Source: a virus. From it: a stretch of DNA of 64,000 bases. Below the pieces are notes generated by a model. The model was not told the origin of the DNA and made no database searches. It worked only from the letters and a program-made list of their open reading frames with translations. Where the stretch lies: IMG/VR virus record IMGVR_UViG_3300035661_000010. One strand, 5' to 3'. How positions within the stretch are numbered: the first letter of the stretch is position 1; each line of letters starts with the position of its first letter. Shown one piece after another: positions 55,218-64,000 of this stretch. The position numbers and the translations under genes are program-made.

Positions 55218-58200
55218 ATGGGCAACGGACTCGCAGGCGCAGGCAGCAACGATCAGGGGACGTTGAACGTCGACCTTCAAGCGCGAGACTCTGGTCTCGT
55301 TTCCAAGCTGAAGGAAGTCTTCAAGGCCACCGAGCAGACCGATGCTGCATTCAAGAGGCTGAGCGAGGGCGCGGGGAAGTGGGGCAAGGCCTTCATCGAC
55401 AAGGTCGGCTCCATGTCGTCGAGGGCGACGGGGCTCATGGGAAACATCGCCGGTCGAGTCGACAGCATGGTCGACCGAGCAATGAACCCTGACATCCCAT
55501 ATGACTCTGCACTGGCCGAGTTCAACAAGTCGTTCGCTGCGATGAACGTTGGCATGAACGTCAACGAGAAGGAGACGAACAAGTGGAAGAACTCGATCAT
55601 CGCAGCTCACTTCCGTACGGGCGAGTCGCTCGATGGGATGGCCAAGGGCCTGACGGAGATGCGCAAGCAGGGCGTCGACGTCGAGAAGGCCATGGGCACC
55701 AAGGGGATGAGCGGAACGATGACGCGCATGGCAAAGGTCATGAGCGTCTTCGAGCTCGATGGCGGAAAGCTCGCCACCACATTCTCGACGCTCAAGAAGA
55801 CGTTCAACATGGACGAGATGGCCGCCAAGACCCTTGGAGATCGCATCTTCACGATCGGCAAAGTCTTCAACATCGGTCGAGAGGCTGTCCAGGCGTGGCC
55901 TGACATTGTCAACGATCTCTCGAAAGAGTTCGCCGACATGGGCAAGAAGGCGAAGCCGGAGGACATCCAGAAGTTCGCCGAATCGATCGTCACCCTCGGC
56001 GGTGCCATCACCGAAGGACTTGGCAAGCCGGCCGAGGAGAGCCTGGGCCTCTCGCGTCAGATCTTCTCCGTCCTCGCGGGCGAGAAGAAAGACATCCAGA
56101 ACATGTTTCGCGGCATGGGTGGCGAGATCGGCAAGCTCGGCATGCAGCTCGCCGAGACGGGCGCGTCTGCCGACGAGATGTTCGCGCTCATCCAGAAGGA
56201 TCCGCAGAAGTTCATGGAAGGGCTCCAGAACCTCGCCAAGAACGCGGAGGCGTCAGGTGGGCGCATGGGCCCCGCATTCCAGCGCCTTGCCGGAACCGTG
56301 AACTCGGTACTCGGTAGCGATGCCACGAATCTGATGCAGGCCAACTGGGGGAAGATCAACGACAAGCTGAAGCAGCTACCCGGTGCCCTTGCGAAGTCGG
56401 GCGACGCCATGGGTAAGGCGGCCGAGGCGGCTCACAAGTTCGTGGGTTCCGGAAATCCCGTCCAGGCGATGATCGACCGCTTCCACATGAAGACGTTTTC
56501 CCTCGTGCAGACGGACTTCAATGCCTGGTTCGGCAACCTCCAGAAGGGGTTCGAAGGAACGAGCACGAAGCTGTCGGAGCTTGCCGACCCGGCCGTTCAT
56601 GGAAAATCCGTCGCCGGCCTCACGCACCGCTTGCTCCTCATGCAACGCGTCGGCCTCTCCGGCTTGTTCACACAGACGAGCAAGGCGGGTAACGCATTCG
56701 GCGTGTTCGCGACCCAGGCGACCGGAGCGCTCGGCGCGATGTCGAAGCTCGGCATCAGCCTTCGCGATCTGCCGACCCTGATTGGTGCTGGTGGACCCGT
56801 TCTTCTCGCAATGGCCCTCTTCGACAAGGGCCTTCGTCAGGACGTCATCGGTAGCGTCAAGAAAGCGTCCGAGTGGTTCAAGGGAGAAGGGCCCAAGGCC
56901 TTCAACACGTTCAAGGAGAAGATGGGCGAGGTCTGGACAGACATCGGACCGATGATCGACGACTTCGTCAGCGCAATCGAAGCAGCAGGTCCCAGCATCA
57001 TGGAAGGCATCGCCGGGATGCTGAGCAAGGTCGACTGGGAGGGAGGAGCGTCGAAGCTGGGCGAGTTCGCAACCCGCGGAGCCACCGCCATCGGCAAGCT
57101 CATCGTCGATGCGATTGGCGGGTTCTTCGACAGCGACGGTGTTCACGTCACCCTGGGAGGCTCCATCGGCTCTGCACTGTACAAGTCGGGCAAGGGTGCG
57201 CTCGAGGGGCTGTGGAAGGGCATCTGGGACAACAAGGCGACGTTCGGCTCGAACCTACGCACGCTCGGCAAGTTCGCCATCGGCGCACTGGTTATCGCCA
57301 TGCTCCTGTCATCGTCGGCTCGCGCTATCGTTGGCAAGGCTGCTCTCGGCATGGGCAAGGCGATGTTTGCACCCATCTACAAGGCGGGCGCGGCGGTGGC
57401 TTCGAAGCTCGGGAAGAAGTTCGAGACGCTTGCTGGCAAGATCAAGGATTCGTTCGACAAGCACAAGAAGGACATCGGGAACACGGCGATCGCGGTGTTC
57501 AGCGCGTACATGTGGCTGAAGGACAACATGGTCGAGGAGAACGCTGAGCTCTCGAAGAGCTGGAACGACACAAACAAGTCGTTCGCAGACAAGTCGACCG
57601 ACACGTTCGAGTACATCCTCACGGCTGCTGGCAAGTTCGCGGACCAGTTCACCGGCGGCGCGCTGGGGGACATGATCGGGGGCTGGACGAACATGCACAA
57701 GAAGTTCTCCATCACGTGGAGAGGCTTCTTGCTCATGGTCACTGAGGGCATGGGCTTCATCGTCAAGCACGTGGACATCGGCTTCACGAAGATGTGGGGC
57801 GGAGTGAAGATGGGCGCGTATGCGGCCTCGGGCCTCATCGCTACTGTCGTGAACGCGTTGGTCGCCAAGATCAGCTCCACGCTCGCCGATATGCTCGACA
57901 AGATCGGAGCACCGAGCGCTCTTGTCAATTCGCTCAAAGACATGGCGAGAGACAGGCTCAAGGACAACGATGCGATGACGTCAGAGCTTCATCGCATGCA
58001 GTGGGAGACCGATCTGGAGGTCGCATCCAAGGAGAAGAGCTACGCCGCAGCGGACAAGGAGATTGATCGTCAGAAGGGTCAGCTCGCGAACGAAGACTAT
58101 GCGATCAAGATGGACGATCTGACCAAGAAGTACGCGAAGCCCAAGGCGTCCGTTACTCCTGCCGATGCTGCCGATGGTGTCGGGACTCGTTCTCCTGCGG

Positions 58201-58460
58201 CTGGTGCCAAAGGTCGCAAGCTCCCGAACGTCGACAAGGCATCGCCGGCCGCCCAGGTGGCCAGCGCCTCAGACATCGCTGCCGCGAACGCGATGATGTC
58301 CCAGCAGCTCGCTCAGATGAACGCGAACATCGCCTCCATGTCTCAGCGTCCGATGGTCGCTGAGGTCAACCTCGATGGGCGAAAGTTCGGGCAGGCCATG
58401 TTCCAGTATCAGCTGAGCGGTGCCGTGCAGACCGCCGGCAACGCCGTTGGACCAAGGTGA
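55218..58460 (+). CDS. tape measure protein
   Basis: 1080 aa, Ala/Gly/Lys-rich helices, follows the chaperone, C-terminal VNLDGRKFG. Confidence 0.9.
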   Translation: MGNGLAGAGSNDQGTLNVDLQARDSGLVSKLKEVFKATEQTDAAFKRLSEGAGKWGKAFIDKVGSMSSRATGLMGNIAGRVDSMVDRAMNPDIPYDSALAEFNKSFAAMNVGMNVNEKETNKWKNSIIAAHFRTGESLDGMAKGLTEMRKQGVDVEKAMGTKGMSGTMTRMAKVMSVFELDGGKLATTFSTLKKTFNMDEMAAKTLGDRIFTIGKVFNIGREAVQAWPDIVNDLSKEFADMGKKAKPEDIQKFAESIVTLGGAITEGLGKPAEESLGLSRQIFSVLAGEKKDIQNMFRGMGGEIGKLGMQLAETGASADEMFALIQKDPQKFMEGLQNLAKNAEASGGRMGPAFQRLAGTVNSVLGSDATNLMQANWGKINDKLKQLPGALAKSGDAMGKAAEAAHKFVGSGNPVQAMIDRFHMKTFSLVQTDFNAWFGNLQKGFEGTSTKLSELADPAVHGKSVAGLTHRLLLMQRVGLSGLFTQTSKAGNAFGVFATQATGALGAMSKLGISLRDLPTLIGAGGPVLLAMALFDKGLRQDVIGSVKKASEWFKGEGPKAFNTFKEKMGEVWTDIGPMIDDFVSAIEAAGPSIMEGIAGMLSKVDWEGGASKLGEFATRGATAIGKLIVDAIGGFFDSDGVHVTLGGSIGSALYKSGKGALEGLWKGIWDNKATFGSNLRTLGKFAIGALVIAMLLSSSARAIVGKAALGMGKAMFAPIYKAGAAVASKLGKKFETLAGKIKDSFDKHKKDIGNTAIAVFSAYMWLKDNMVEENAELSKSWNDTNKSFADKSTDTFEYILTAAGKFADQFTGGALGDMIGGWTNMHKKFSITWRGFLLMVTEGMGFIVKHVDIGFTKMWGGVKMGAYAASGLIATVVNALVAKISSTLADMLDKIGAPSALVNSLKDMARDRLKDNDAMTSELHRMQWETDLEVASKEKSYAAADKEIDRQKGQLANEDYAIKMDDLTKKYAKPKASVTPADAADGVGTRSPAAGAKGRKLPNVDKASPAAQVASASDIAAANAMMSQQLAQMNANIASMSQRPMVAEVNLDGRKFGQAMFQYQLSGAVQTAGNAVGPR

Positions 58461-58463
58461 TCA

Positions 58464-58784
58464 ATGTCTGTTCGAATCCCCCCTCGCAGCCGCCTCCAGT
58501 TCGCAAACCTCGTCAGTGTGAGTGACACCGAGTTCTGGGATGTTCCGATCATCCCCGCGATCGATCCGCAGCCGGACGATGAGCTGTACCAATGGGACGA
58601 GCTTGATCGCATCGAGGATCTTGCGTTCGAGTACTACAGAGACTCCACGCTTTGGTGGGTGATCGCGAAGCGAAACAACCTCCAAGACCTGCCGTTCAGC
58701 ATCGCGACAGGTGACAAGATCTACATCCCGTCGCGGACGTTTGTCTTCGAGAAGCTCTTCACGCAGCAGTCGACGGGAGGCTAG
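58464..58784 (+). CDS. LysM-like baseplate/tail protein (gp53/X-like)
   Basis: DRIEDLAFEYYRDSTLWWVIAKRN...GDKIYIP. Confidence 0.8.
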   Translation: MSVRIPPRSRLQFANLVSVSDTEFWDVPIIPAIDPQPDDELYQWDELDRIEDLAFEYYRDSTLWWVIAKRNNLQDLPFSIATGDKIYIPSRTFVFEKLFTQQSTGG

Positions 58785-58786
58785 CC

Positions 58787-60211
58787 ATGCCGCAACCGTT
58801 CGCGTTCCGTGCTGCGTGGGTGAACATCATGGTCTACAACCCCGAGACGGGACAGACTCAGCGCTTCGATGCGGGACAGACCCGCGGTGAAGGGAAGTAC
58901 CTTCCGTACTTCAGCAGCATGACTGTCAAGACTGGCCTCGCGCACAACTCGGAGGTCGCTGTTGTTCTGTGTCCGCCGCGGTACGAGGACTTCATCGATC
59001 TGATCGAGAGCCCATGGGTCCGGCTGTACAACTCGCTCGGCGTGCGCTGGGGCTACACGGACGATCCGTCACACGTATCGCCTTGGTACTGGTCGTTCAT
59101 GAAGCCGCCGACGATTGGGATCGACGTCGAGAGTTTTTCGATCACGCTGAACGGTACCGGGTTCGAGTTTTCGATGATGCGGAAGGGGTCGGCGAAGGTG
59201 TGGGCGTCCGAGGGCGGAACGCCGGGACCACGTTCGTTGATGGACGTTATCAAGGAGATCGTCTCTGTGTACGGAATGCCGATTGTCTTGAACAACGGCA
59301 AGCCATTCCCGAAGATCATCGCAGACGCGCTCAACGAGCCTCGCAAGTCGCTCGTACAAAGTGGCGTCAACGACTGGGCCTTCATTCGAAAGTCGATTGA
59401 GCCCCTGGGTCTCTGGATGTTCGTCGCGAAGGGCTTCGAGATCCACATCCTGAAGGGCAACGATCCGGAGCCGCCCAGCCGAATCTTCCGCGTCTATGGC
59501 AAGTCGAACCCGGCAGATGGCATTTGGCCTGCATGGGGGTACTCGACGGAGACCAATGCGATGTTCCTTCCCGGCCGCGGTGTCGCAGCGACAACCTTCG
59601 GTCCCAACGCCGATCGAACGCAGAAGGTTTCGACGGTCGAGGAGAATGTCCTCAAGATCGACTGGAGCAAGGTCAAGACGAAGGGAACGCTTGGCACAAT
59701 CGTGACCGATGTCGGATCGTCAGGCATCACCATTCCACGCGACGCGAAGGACCAGTCCACGCTGCCGCAGGACATCCCTGCTCATCCGGATGCTGGTGGA
59801 GCCAAGGCGAGCGTAGCTGCTGCCGGCAACGAGTCGACAGAGCGCATGCCGCTGTCGAGTCAGCAGGAGGACGGTCAGGCCATTGCGTTCGGCAAGAGCG
59901 ACAACAACGTCGAGAAGACGGGCCAGACGGCCGAGTTCGAGTCGATCGACGATCCGACGCTGCTACCTGGTGACCTTGTGCGCATGGAGATGACAGGGAA
60001 GCCCTTCGAAGGAAACCACCGAGTTCAGTTCATTGAACACCGCATCGGTGGGGGAGAGTTCGGCGTGATGCACCTCACGGTGATGGCCAGCGGCATCATC
60101 GGCGCGTTCGCGAATCCGAAGAATGTGACTGACGCAGCGAGCGCTGGCGACAAGCCTGCGACCAACGATGACAGCGACGACAAGTCGGCGGACAAGGGAG
60201 CAGGCGTATGA
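58787..60211 (+). CDS. baseplate hub (gp27/late control D-like)
   Basis: QSGVNDWAFI; DPTLLPGDLV...GKPFEGNHRV..IEHRI. Confidence 0.75.
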   Translation: MPQPFAFRAAWVNIMVYNPETGQTQRFDAGQTRGEGKYLPYFSSMTVKTGLAHNSEVAVVLCPPRYEDFIDLIESPWVRLYNSLGVRWGYTDDPSHVSPWYWSFMKPPTIGIDVESFSITLNGTGFEFSMMRKGSAKVWASEGGTPGPRSLMDVIKEIVSVYGMPIVLNNGKPFPKIIADALNEPRKSLVQSGVNDWAFIRKSIEPLGLWMFVAKGFEIHILKGNDPEPPSRIFRVYGKSNPADGIWPAWGYSTETNAMFLPGRGVAATTFGPNADRTQKVSTVEENVLKIDWSKVKTKGTLGTIVTDVGSSGITIPRDAKDQSTLPQDIPAHPDAGGAKASVAAAGNESTERMPLSSQQEDGQAIAFGKSDNNVEKTGQTAEFESIDDPTLLPGDLVRMEMTGKPFEGNHRVQFIEHRIGGGEFGVMHLTVMASGIIGAFANPKNVTDAASAGDKPATNDDSDDKSADKGAGV

Positions 60212-61185
60212 ACGATCCCTCCTACAAGGGCATGATCGACCATGGTCTGGAGAAGACCCACGATCGCTGGTACGGCAACTACCGTGGCATCGTCGTCGAC
60301 AACAAGGATCCGCAGGGCCTTGGTCGTATCAAGGTGCGCGTACCGGTCGTTGCGGGGAACGACACGCTTCCCATCTGGTGCTATCCCGAGTCACTCGGTG
60401 CCGGGCAGAAGAGTGGCTTCTTCTGGCCTCCGGATGAGGGCGATGGCGTCAACGTTTGGTTCGAGATGGGCGATACCCGGTTCCCGAACTACACGGGCGG
60501 CTGGTTTGGCGACGTAGACGGAGTCTCCGATGTGCCGGACGAGTTTGCGCCTGAGAAGGGCAAGTCACCCACCCGTCGTGGCTTCCGCCTGAAGAACGGC
60601 ATGTTCATGCTGTTTGAGACCAAGGAGGGAGAGGAGCTCGTTCAGATCGCATGGTCCAACGGCGACACCGCAGATGCCAAGAAGGCCGTGTTCGCGATGG
60701 ACAAGAACGGGTCCATCTCGATGGTCTCGAAGAGCGGTCGCCGTCTTCAGCTCGACGAAGAAAACAAGCAGTTTTTCTACTCGGACGTGGACGACGGCGG
60801 CAACGCCATCAACACGCTCAGCGCAGATCTGTCCAAGGGGTGGGTGATCAGCGCAGCTGGCGGAGGGACCGTGGCATGCACCATTGCCATGGACCCGAGC
60901 AGCCAGAAGATCGCACTCCAGGCCCAGGGAGAGGTGAACGTCTCGGCTCCCAGCGCATCGTTCGAGTGCGGTACGGTCGCCATCGGCGGCTCGAAGGCGA
61001 TCTTCTCTCAGGTGCTTGGTGAGCCGCTGATGCTGATCCTGACCCAGTTCATCACGCAGGTCGCTGCGATCACAGTGAACACCGGAGTCGGGCCCAGCTC
61101 GCCACCGAACAATGCCGACCAGATCTCTGCTCTGTCTGCTCAACTCATCACGATGCTCAGCATCGGGCACAAGGTTTCGCCCTGA
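60208..61185 (+). CDS. central spike (gp5/VgrG OB-fold)
   Basis: YRGIVVDNKDPQGLGRIKVRVP; GFFWPP..GD.V.VWFE.GD..FP. Confidence 0.9.
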   Translation: MNDPSYKGMIDHGLEKTHDRWYGNYRGIVVDNKDPQGLGRIKVRVPVVAGNDTLPIWCYPESLGAGQKSGFFWPPDEGDGVNVWFEMGDTRFPNYTGGWFGDVDGVSDVPDEFAPEKGKSPTRRGFRLKNGMFMLFETKEGEELVQIAWSNGDTADAKKAVFAMDKNGSISMVSKSGRRLQLDEENKQFFYSDVDDGGNAINTLSADLSKGWVISAAGGGTVACTIAMDPSSQKIALQAQGEVNVSAPSASFECGTVAIGGSKAIFSQVLGEPLMLILTQFITQVAAITVNTGVGPSSPPNNADQISALSAQLITMLSIGHKVSP

Positions 61186-61194
61186 AAGGTCGCA

Positions 61195-61596
61195 GTGTCT
61201 CTTCCGTGCGTAGTCATCAAGTTCCCAACGATTGCGCTGCCGATCCCGAGCATCAAGTTCCCGGGACTGCCGTCGTTGCCGAGCCTCACGCTGCCGAGCC
61301 TCACGCTCATCGGCGTCACGATGCCTTCGCTCAAGCTGCCCGGGTTCTCGTTGCCGATTCCAAGCATCAAGTTTCCTGGGCTTCCGAGCTTGCCCTCGCT
61401 CAGTCTGCCGTCGCTCAACCTGATCGGCGTCAAGATGCCATCGGTCAAGTTGCCCGGCTTCAGTCTTCCGATCCCGAGCATCAAGTTCCCGAGCATCCCC
61501 AAGCTTCCGAGCTTTCCGCCTCCGATGCCGCTCTGCGTCGGTGCGGGAGAGAATCCGAACCTCGCCGCGAACGACGCGACGGCACTGGCGGCATGA
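61195..61596 (+). CDS. Pro/Ser/Leu-rich repeat protein
   Basis: 38-aa units; the copies differ mostly at synonymous sites in this frame. Confidence 0.7.
   Translation: MSLPCVVIKFPTIALPIPSIKFPGLPSLPSLTLPSLTLIGVTMPSLKLPGFSLPIPSIKFPGLPSLPSLSLPSLNLIGVKMPSVKLPGFSLPIPSIKFPSIPKLPSFPPPMPLCVGAGENPNLAANDATALAA
61237..61491 (+). repeat. 114-bp imperfect tandem repeat, ~2.2 copies
   Basis: units start at 61237, 61351 and 61465. Confidence 0.9.
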
Positions 61597-61603
61597 GGTC
61601 AGC

Positions 61604-62071
61604 ATGCCCCTGAATCCCATCCAGCTCGGCGCAGACTTCGAGAAGGTGTTCAATTCGAAGCCGCCCACCGCTATGAAGGCGGCCAAGGCGCTTGCTCAGG
61701 CGTACGACAAATACGCATCGCAAGCACTTGCGGGAGCGTGCATGCCGACGACACCAGGAAACGTGGCTGCCATGGTGCCCGTCCTGGCAGCGGTCATGGC
61801 TCCGTCCCCAGTACCTGGTCTCCTGGAGCTCGGTTGGGCTACCGCTATCGCGCTCTACTGGATGACCGTTGTCTTTGTGGGTCCGCCAGTACCTCCATCG
61901 GTCGCGCCCACCGTGAGCGTATCGATCTCGTTCATTCCTCCAGGTCCGCTACTCGCGGTCTTGATGCTGCCTGTCCCTGGTGGAGCTGGGCTGAAACTTG
62001 CGATCGCTTGCCACGCATATACCGTCAGTGGTCAGGTAGCTTCTAACGGAGGTCCGCTCACTCTCGTGTGA
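61604..62071 (+). CDS. hydrophobic spike-associated protein
   Basis: SD GAGG; between gp5 and gp25. Confidence 0.6.
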   Translation: MPLNPIQLGADFEKVFNSKPPTAMKAAKALAQAYDKYASQALAGACMPTTPGNVAAMVPVLAAVMAPSPVPGLLELGWATAIALYWMTVVFVGPPVPPSVAPTVSVSISFIPPGPLLAVLMLPVPGGAGLKLAIACHAYTVSGQVASNGGPLTLV

Positions 62072-62081
62072 AGGAACCAGC

Positions 62082-62474
62082 ATGCCCGTAATTGGTACAG
62101 GAAAAAGCGTGACTGGTATCGCTTGGCCGTGGGTTCCTTCTTCCGGAGGAATTCCTGCTCAGGTCAGCGACCAAGAAGCCGTGGCAGCGAACCTGCTCAT
62201 CCTGTATTCGACACAACCTGGTGACGACAAGACGGCACCCACGTTCGGTCTGAACTTGAACAGCTTCGTCTTCGAGACGACGGGGGCCTTGCTTGATAAC
62301 CTCGTGAAGGTGGAAGTCATCCGGTCTACAGAACTTTGGGAGCCAAGAGTCCAAGTAATCGACGTTGTGACCGTCGCCGACAACACCGATGACGGAACCG
62401 TGGTGACGATCACGGTCGACTACTACTTCATCGGCGTCAGCAGCCAGATCACTTTCCAGCGGAGTACGGCATGA
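62082..62474 (+). CDS. baseplate gp25-like protein
   Basis: T.PG....PTFGLNL..FVFE; WEPRVQV. Confidence 0.88.
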   Translation: MPVIGTGKSVTGIAWPWVPSSGGIPAQVSDQEAVAANLLILYSTQPGDDKTAPTFGLNLNSFVFETTGALLDNLVKVEVIRSTELWEPRVQVIDVVTVADNTDDGTVVTITVDYYFIGVSSQITFQRSTA

Positions 62475-64000
62475 TCCTCTCGGCACCTGAGCTTGCAGAC
62501 TTCCCGGTGTCCCCGAGCAACGGAGACATCGTCTTCAACACATCGCTGGATGCTGCTTACGTGTGGGCGCCTGGTGCTCCTGGCGTCGTCAATGGTGGCT
62601 GGCTGTTTCTGACCAGCGGGAGCATCTTGCGTTCGTCGGAGCGCGTGACTGACACGCTGACGCGCAGCGCCTACGCTGGGCGCGACTACCAGACTTTCCT
62701 CGACGAGGTGTCTGCGAACATCAAGTCGAACTTCGGTTCGGTCTACAACGACTTCCTGACGGCCGCACCTGGCCGCATGCTGATGCGATTCATCAGCGCC
62801 GCCCTCGACACCCTCTCGTTCAACATGGACCAGAGATCGGTCGAGGCGTACATGTTCCTGGCAACGCTTCGTTCGAGCATCGCGCGCAACGCGCATCAGC
62901 AAGGATACAAGCCCAACAGGGCGACGGCAGCGAGCCTCGATCTCACGCTCACGCTCCCCGATGGACCGTACGCGTTCGACGTTTCGATCAAGGCAGGGTT
63001 CCAGTTCGATGGACCGAACGGACTTGTGTTCGAGCAGAGCTCAGACACGGTCATCCCGTCTGGCTCCACTGTCGCCAGCAACGTTGGATACCACCAGGGC
63101 GAGACGGTCATCGAGGTCTTCACAAGCAACGGAACCGCCAACCAGCGGTTCAAGCTTCGCCGTGTCGGTGCGGATCGCGAGATCGCACGAGACACCGTCA
63201 CCTGTCTCGTGAACGGCACGACCTGGAACGAAAACGATTTCCTTCCGTTCGCTCCGGTCAACGAGTTCGAGGTGAGCTACGACACGAGCCCTCCATTCGT
63301 GAGGTTCGGCGACAGCGTTCTCGGGAACATTCCTGCTGCTGGTGTCGAGATTCGAATTAAGTACGTCGCAACCAAGGGAGAGCTTGGAAATTCGGTCCCG
63401 GTGAACACCGTGACCCAACCGAAGACTGCTCTGGTGGCGAACTTCCAGGACATCACAGTGGTTGGCTCACACACGGGCTCGAGTTCTGGAGGAGCGCCAG
63501 CAGAGGATTCGCGTTCGGTGCAGGCAAACTCGCCGCGCTTTTTCTCGACAGCGAATCGCGCGGTGTCCCAGCCAGACTGGGACGCGTTGCTGAACGTATT
63601 CTCCGATGGGTTCGTCGGCACGGTGGCCAAGGGCCGTGCGCAGGTTATCCGTGGCGTGAAGAAGGAGCTGACGATTCAGAGCCTACTGGCTGCCATCAAG
63701 GCCGCCTCTTCTCCGACCGCCGGTCTTGCCACGATCACGGCTGCCAACGTCACCATTCGTTCGAAGACGAACGCCGTCAGGGCAAAGGTCGTCGACATCG
63801 GCGCTCAGCATGATGCTGTGGCCGCCAAAAAGGCGCTCCTGGACACGTCGCTTGCAGGATCGCTCACCGACACGAGCAATGCGAAGACGGTTGTCGCCAC
63901 GCTGAAGGCGGAGCTTGGCGATCTTCCGTACCAAGAGCTTCTCGGCGTGTCGGACGGCTCGACGACGGTCTTTGCATCCGGGCTGTCCAAGCTGCCGGTT
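62471..64000 (+). CDS. baseplate wedge gp6/J-like protein (runs off the window; not in ORF track)
   Basis: RDYQTFLDEV...YNDF...DTLSFNMD...E..LATLRSS..GYKP; VRFGD..G..P; RAVS..DW. Confidence 0.9.
   Translation, partial: MILSAPELADFPVSPSNGDIVFNTSLDAAYVWAPGAPGVVNGGWLFLTSGSILRSSERVTDTLTRSAYAGRDYQTFLDEVSANIKSNFGSVYNDFLTAAPGRMLMRFISAALDTLSFNMDQRSVEAYMFLATLRSSIARNAHQQGYKPNRATAASLDLTLTLPDGPYAFDVSIKAGFQFDGPNGLVFEQSSDTVIPSGSTVASNVGYHQGETVIEVFTSNGTANQRFKLRRVGADREIARDTVTCLVNGTTWNENDFLPFAPVNEFEVSYDTSPPFVRFGDSVLGNIPAAGVEIRIKYVATKGELGNSVPVNTVTQPKTALVANFQDITVVGSHTGSSSGGAPAEDSRSVQANSPRFFSTANRAVSQPDWDALLNVFSDGFVGTVAKGRAQVIRGVKKELTIQSLLAAIKAASSPTAGLATITAANVTIRSKTNAVRAKVVDIGAQHDAVAAKKALLDTSLAGSLTDTSNAKTVVATLKAELGDLPYQELLGVSDGSTTVFASGLSKLPV

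Noticed and set aside
61237-61491. Diversity-generating retroelement TR/VR pair
   Set aside because: Differences are mostly synonymous and not adenine-specific; no reverse transcriptase in the window.
4737-62084. Other TGAA stops followed by a gene in the +1 frame (4737, 6810, 23769, 62069)
   Set aside because: Each downstream gene has its own plausible start, and +1 phase is expected by chance about one time in three.
1-64000. Long minus-strand ORFs (e.g. 32637..34175, 39962..41467, 50101..51318)
   Set aside because: Antisense shadows of well-supported + strand genes in GC-rich DNA; no recognisable motifs.
1-64000. Genome-wide reassignment of TGA or TAG
   Set aside because: Conserved genes end at expected lengths on TGA (capsid, sheath, TerL) and TAG (portal) and contain no internal stops.
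1-64000. Host assignment, and integrase, lysis or replication modules
   Set aside because: No such genes were recognisable; GC content and a receiver domain are too weak to name a host.

Overview
A 64-kb, GC-rich (roughly 60% by eye) segment of a large contractile-tailed phage; every plausible gene is on the + strand. 1-21.2 kb is an accessory region of short genes: a Tad2/DUF2829-like protein, ASCH, a lone receiver domain, a SLOG protein, an HNH nuclease and dUTPase, plus a tRNA and a ~170-nt structured RNA candidate. 21.4-64 kb is the virion module: terminase large subunit, T4 gp20-like portal, acidic core protein, gp21-like protease/scaffold, gp23-like capsid, neck, sheath, two tube proteins, tail chaperone with a -1 slippery site, tape measure, hub, gp5-like spike, gp25 and a gp6-like protein cut off by the window end. 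Dps-like, Acb1-like 2H phosphoesterase and C39 peptidase genes lie among these. Top observations: (1) an otherwise canonical tRNA has an 8-nt anticodon loop (ACUUCAAG) and starts 9 nt after a small gene that reads as a lipoprotein only if TGAA is decoded as one four-base codon, so this is a candidate natural quadruplet/+1 suppressor pair; (2) many unrelated small proteins share an N-terminal leader ending in a prohead-protease-type Glu site, suggesting capsid-loaded cargo; (3) a multi-hairpin ncRNA candidate with a tRNA T-arm. All family calls come from motif recognition by eye; no searches were run.
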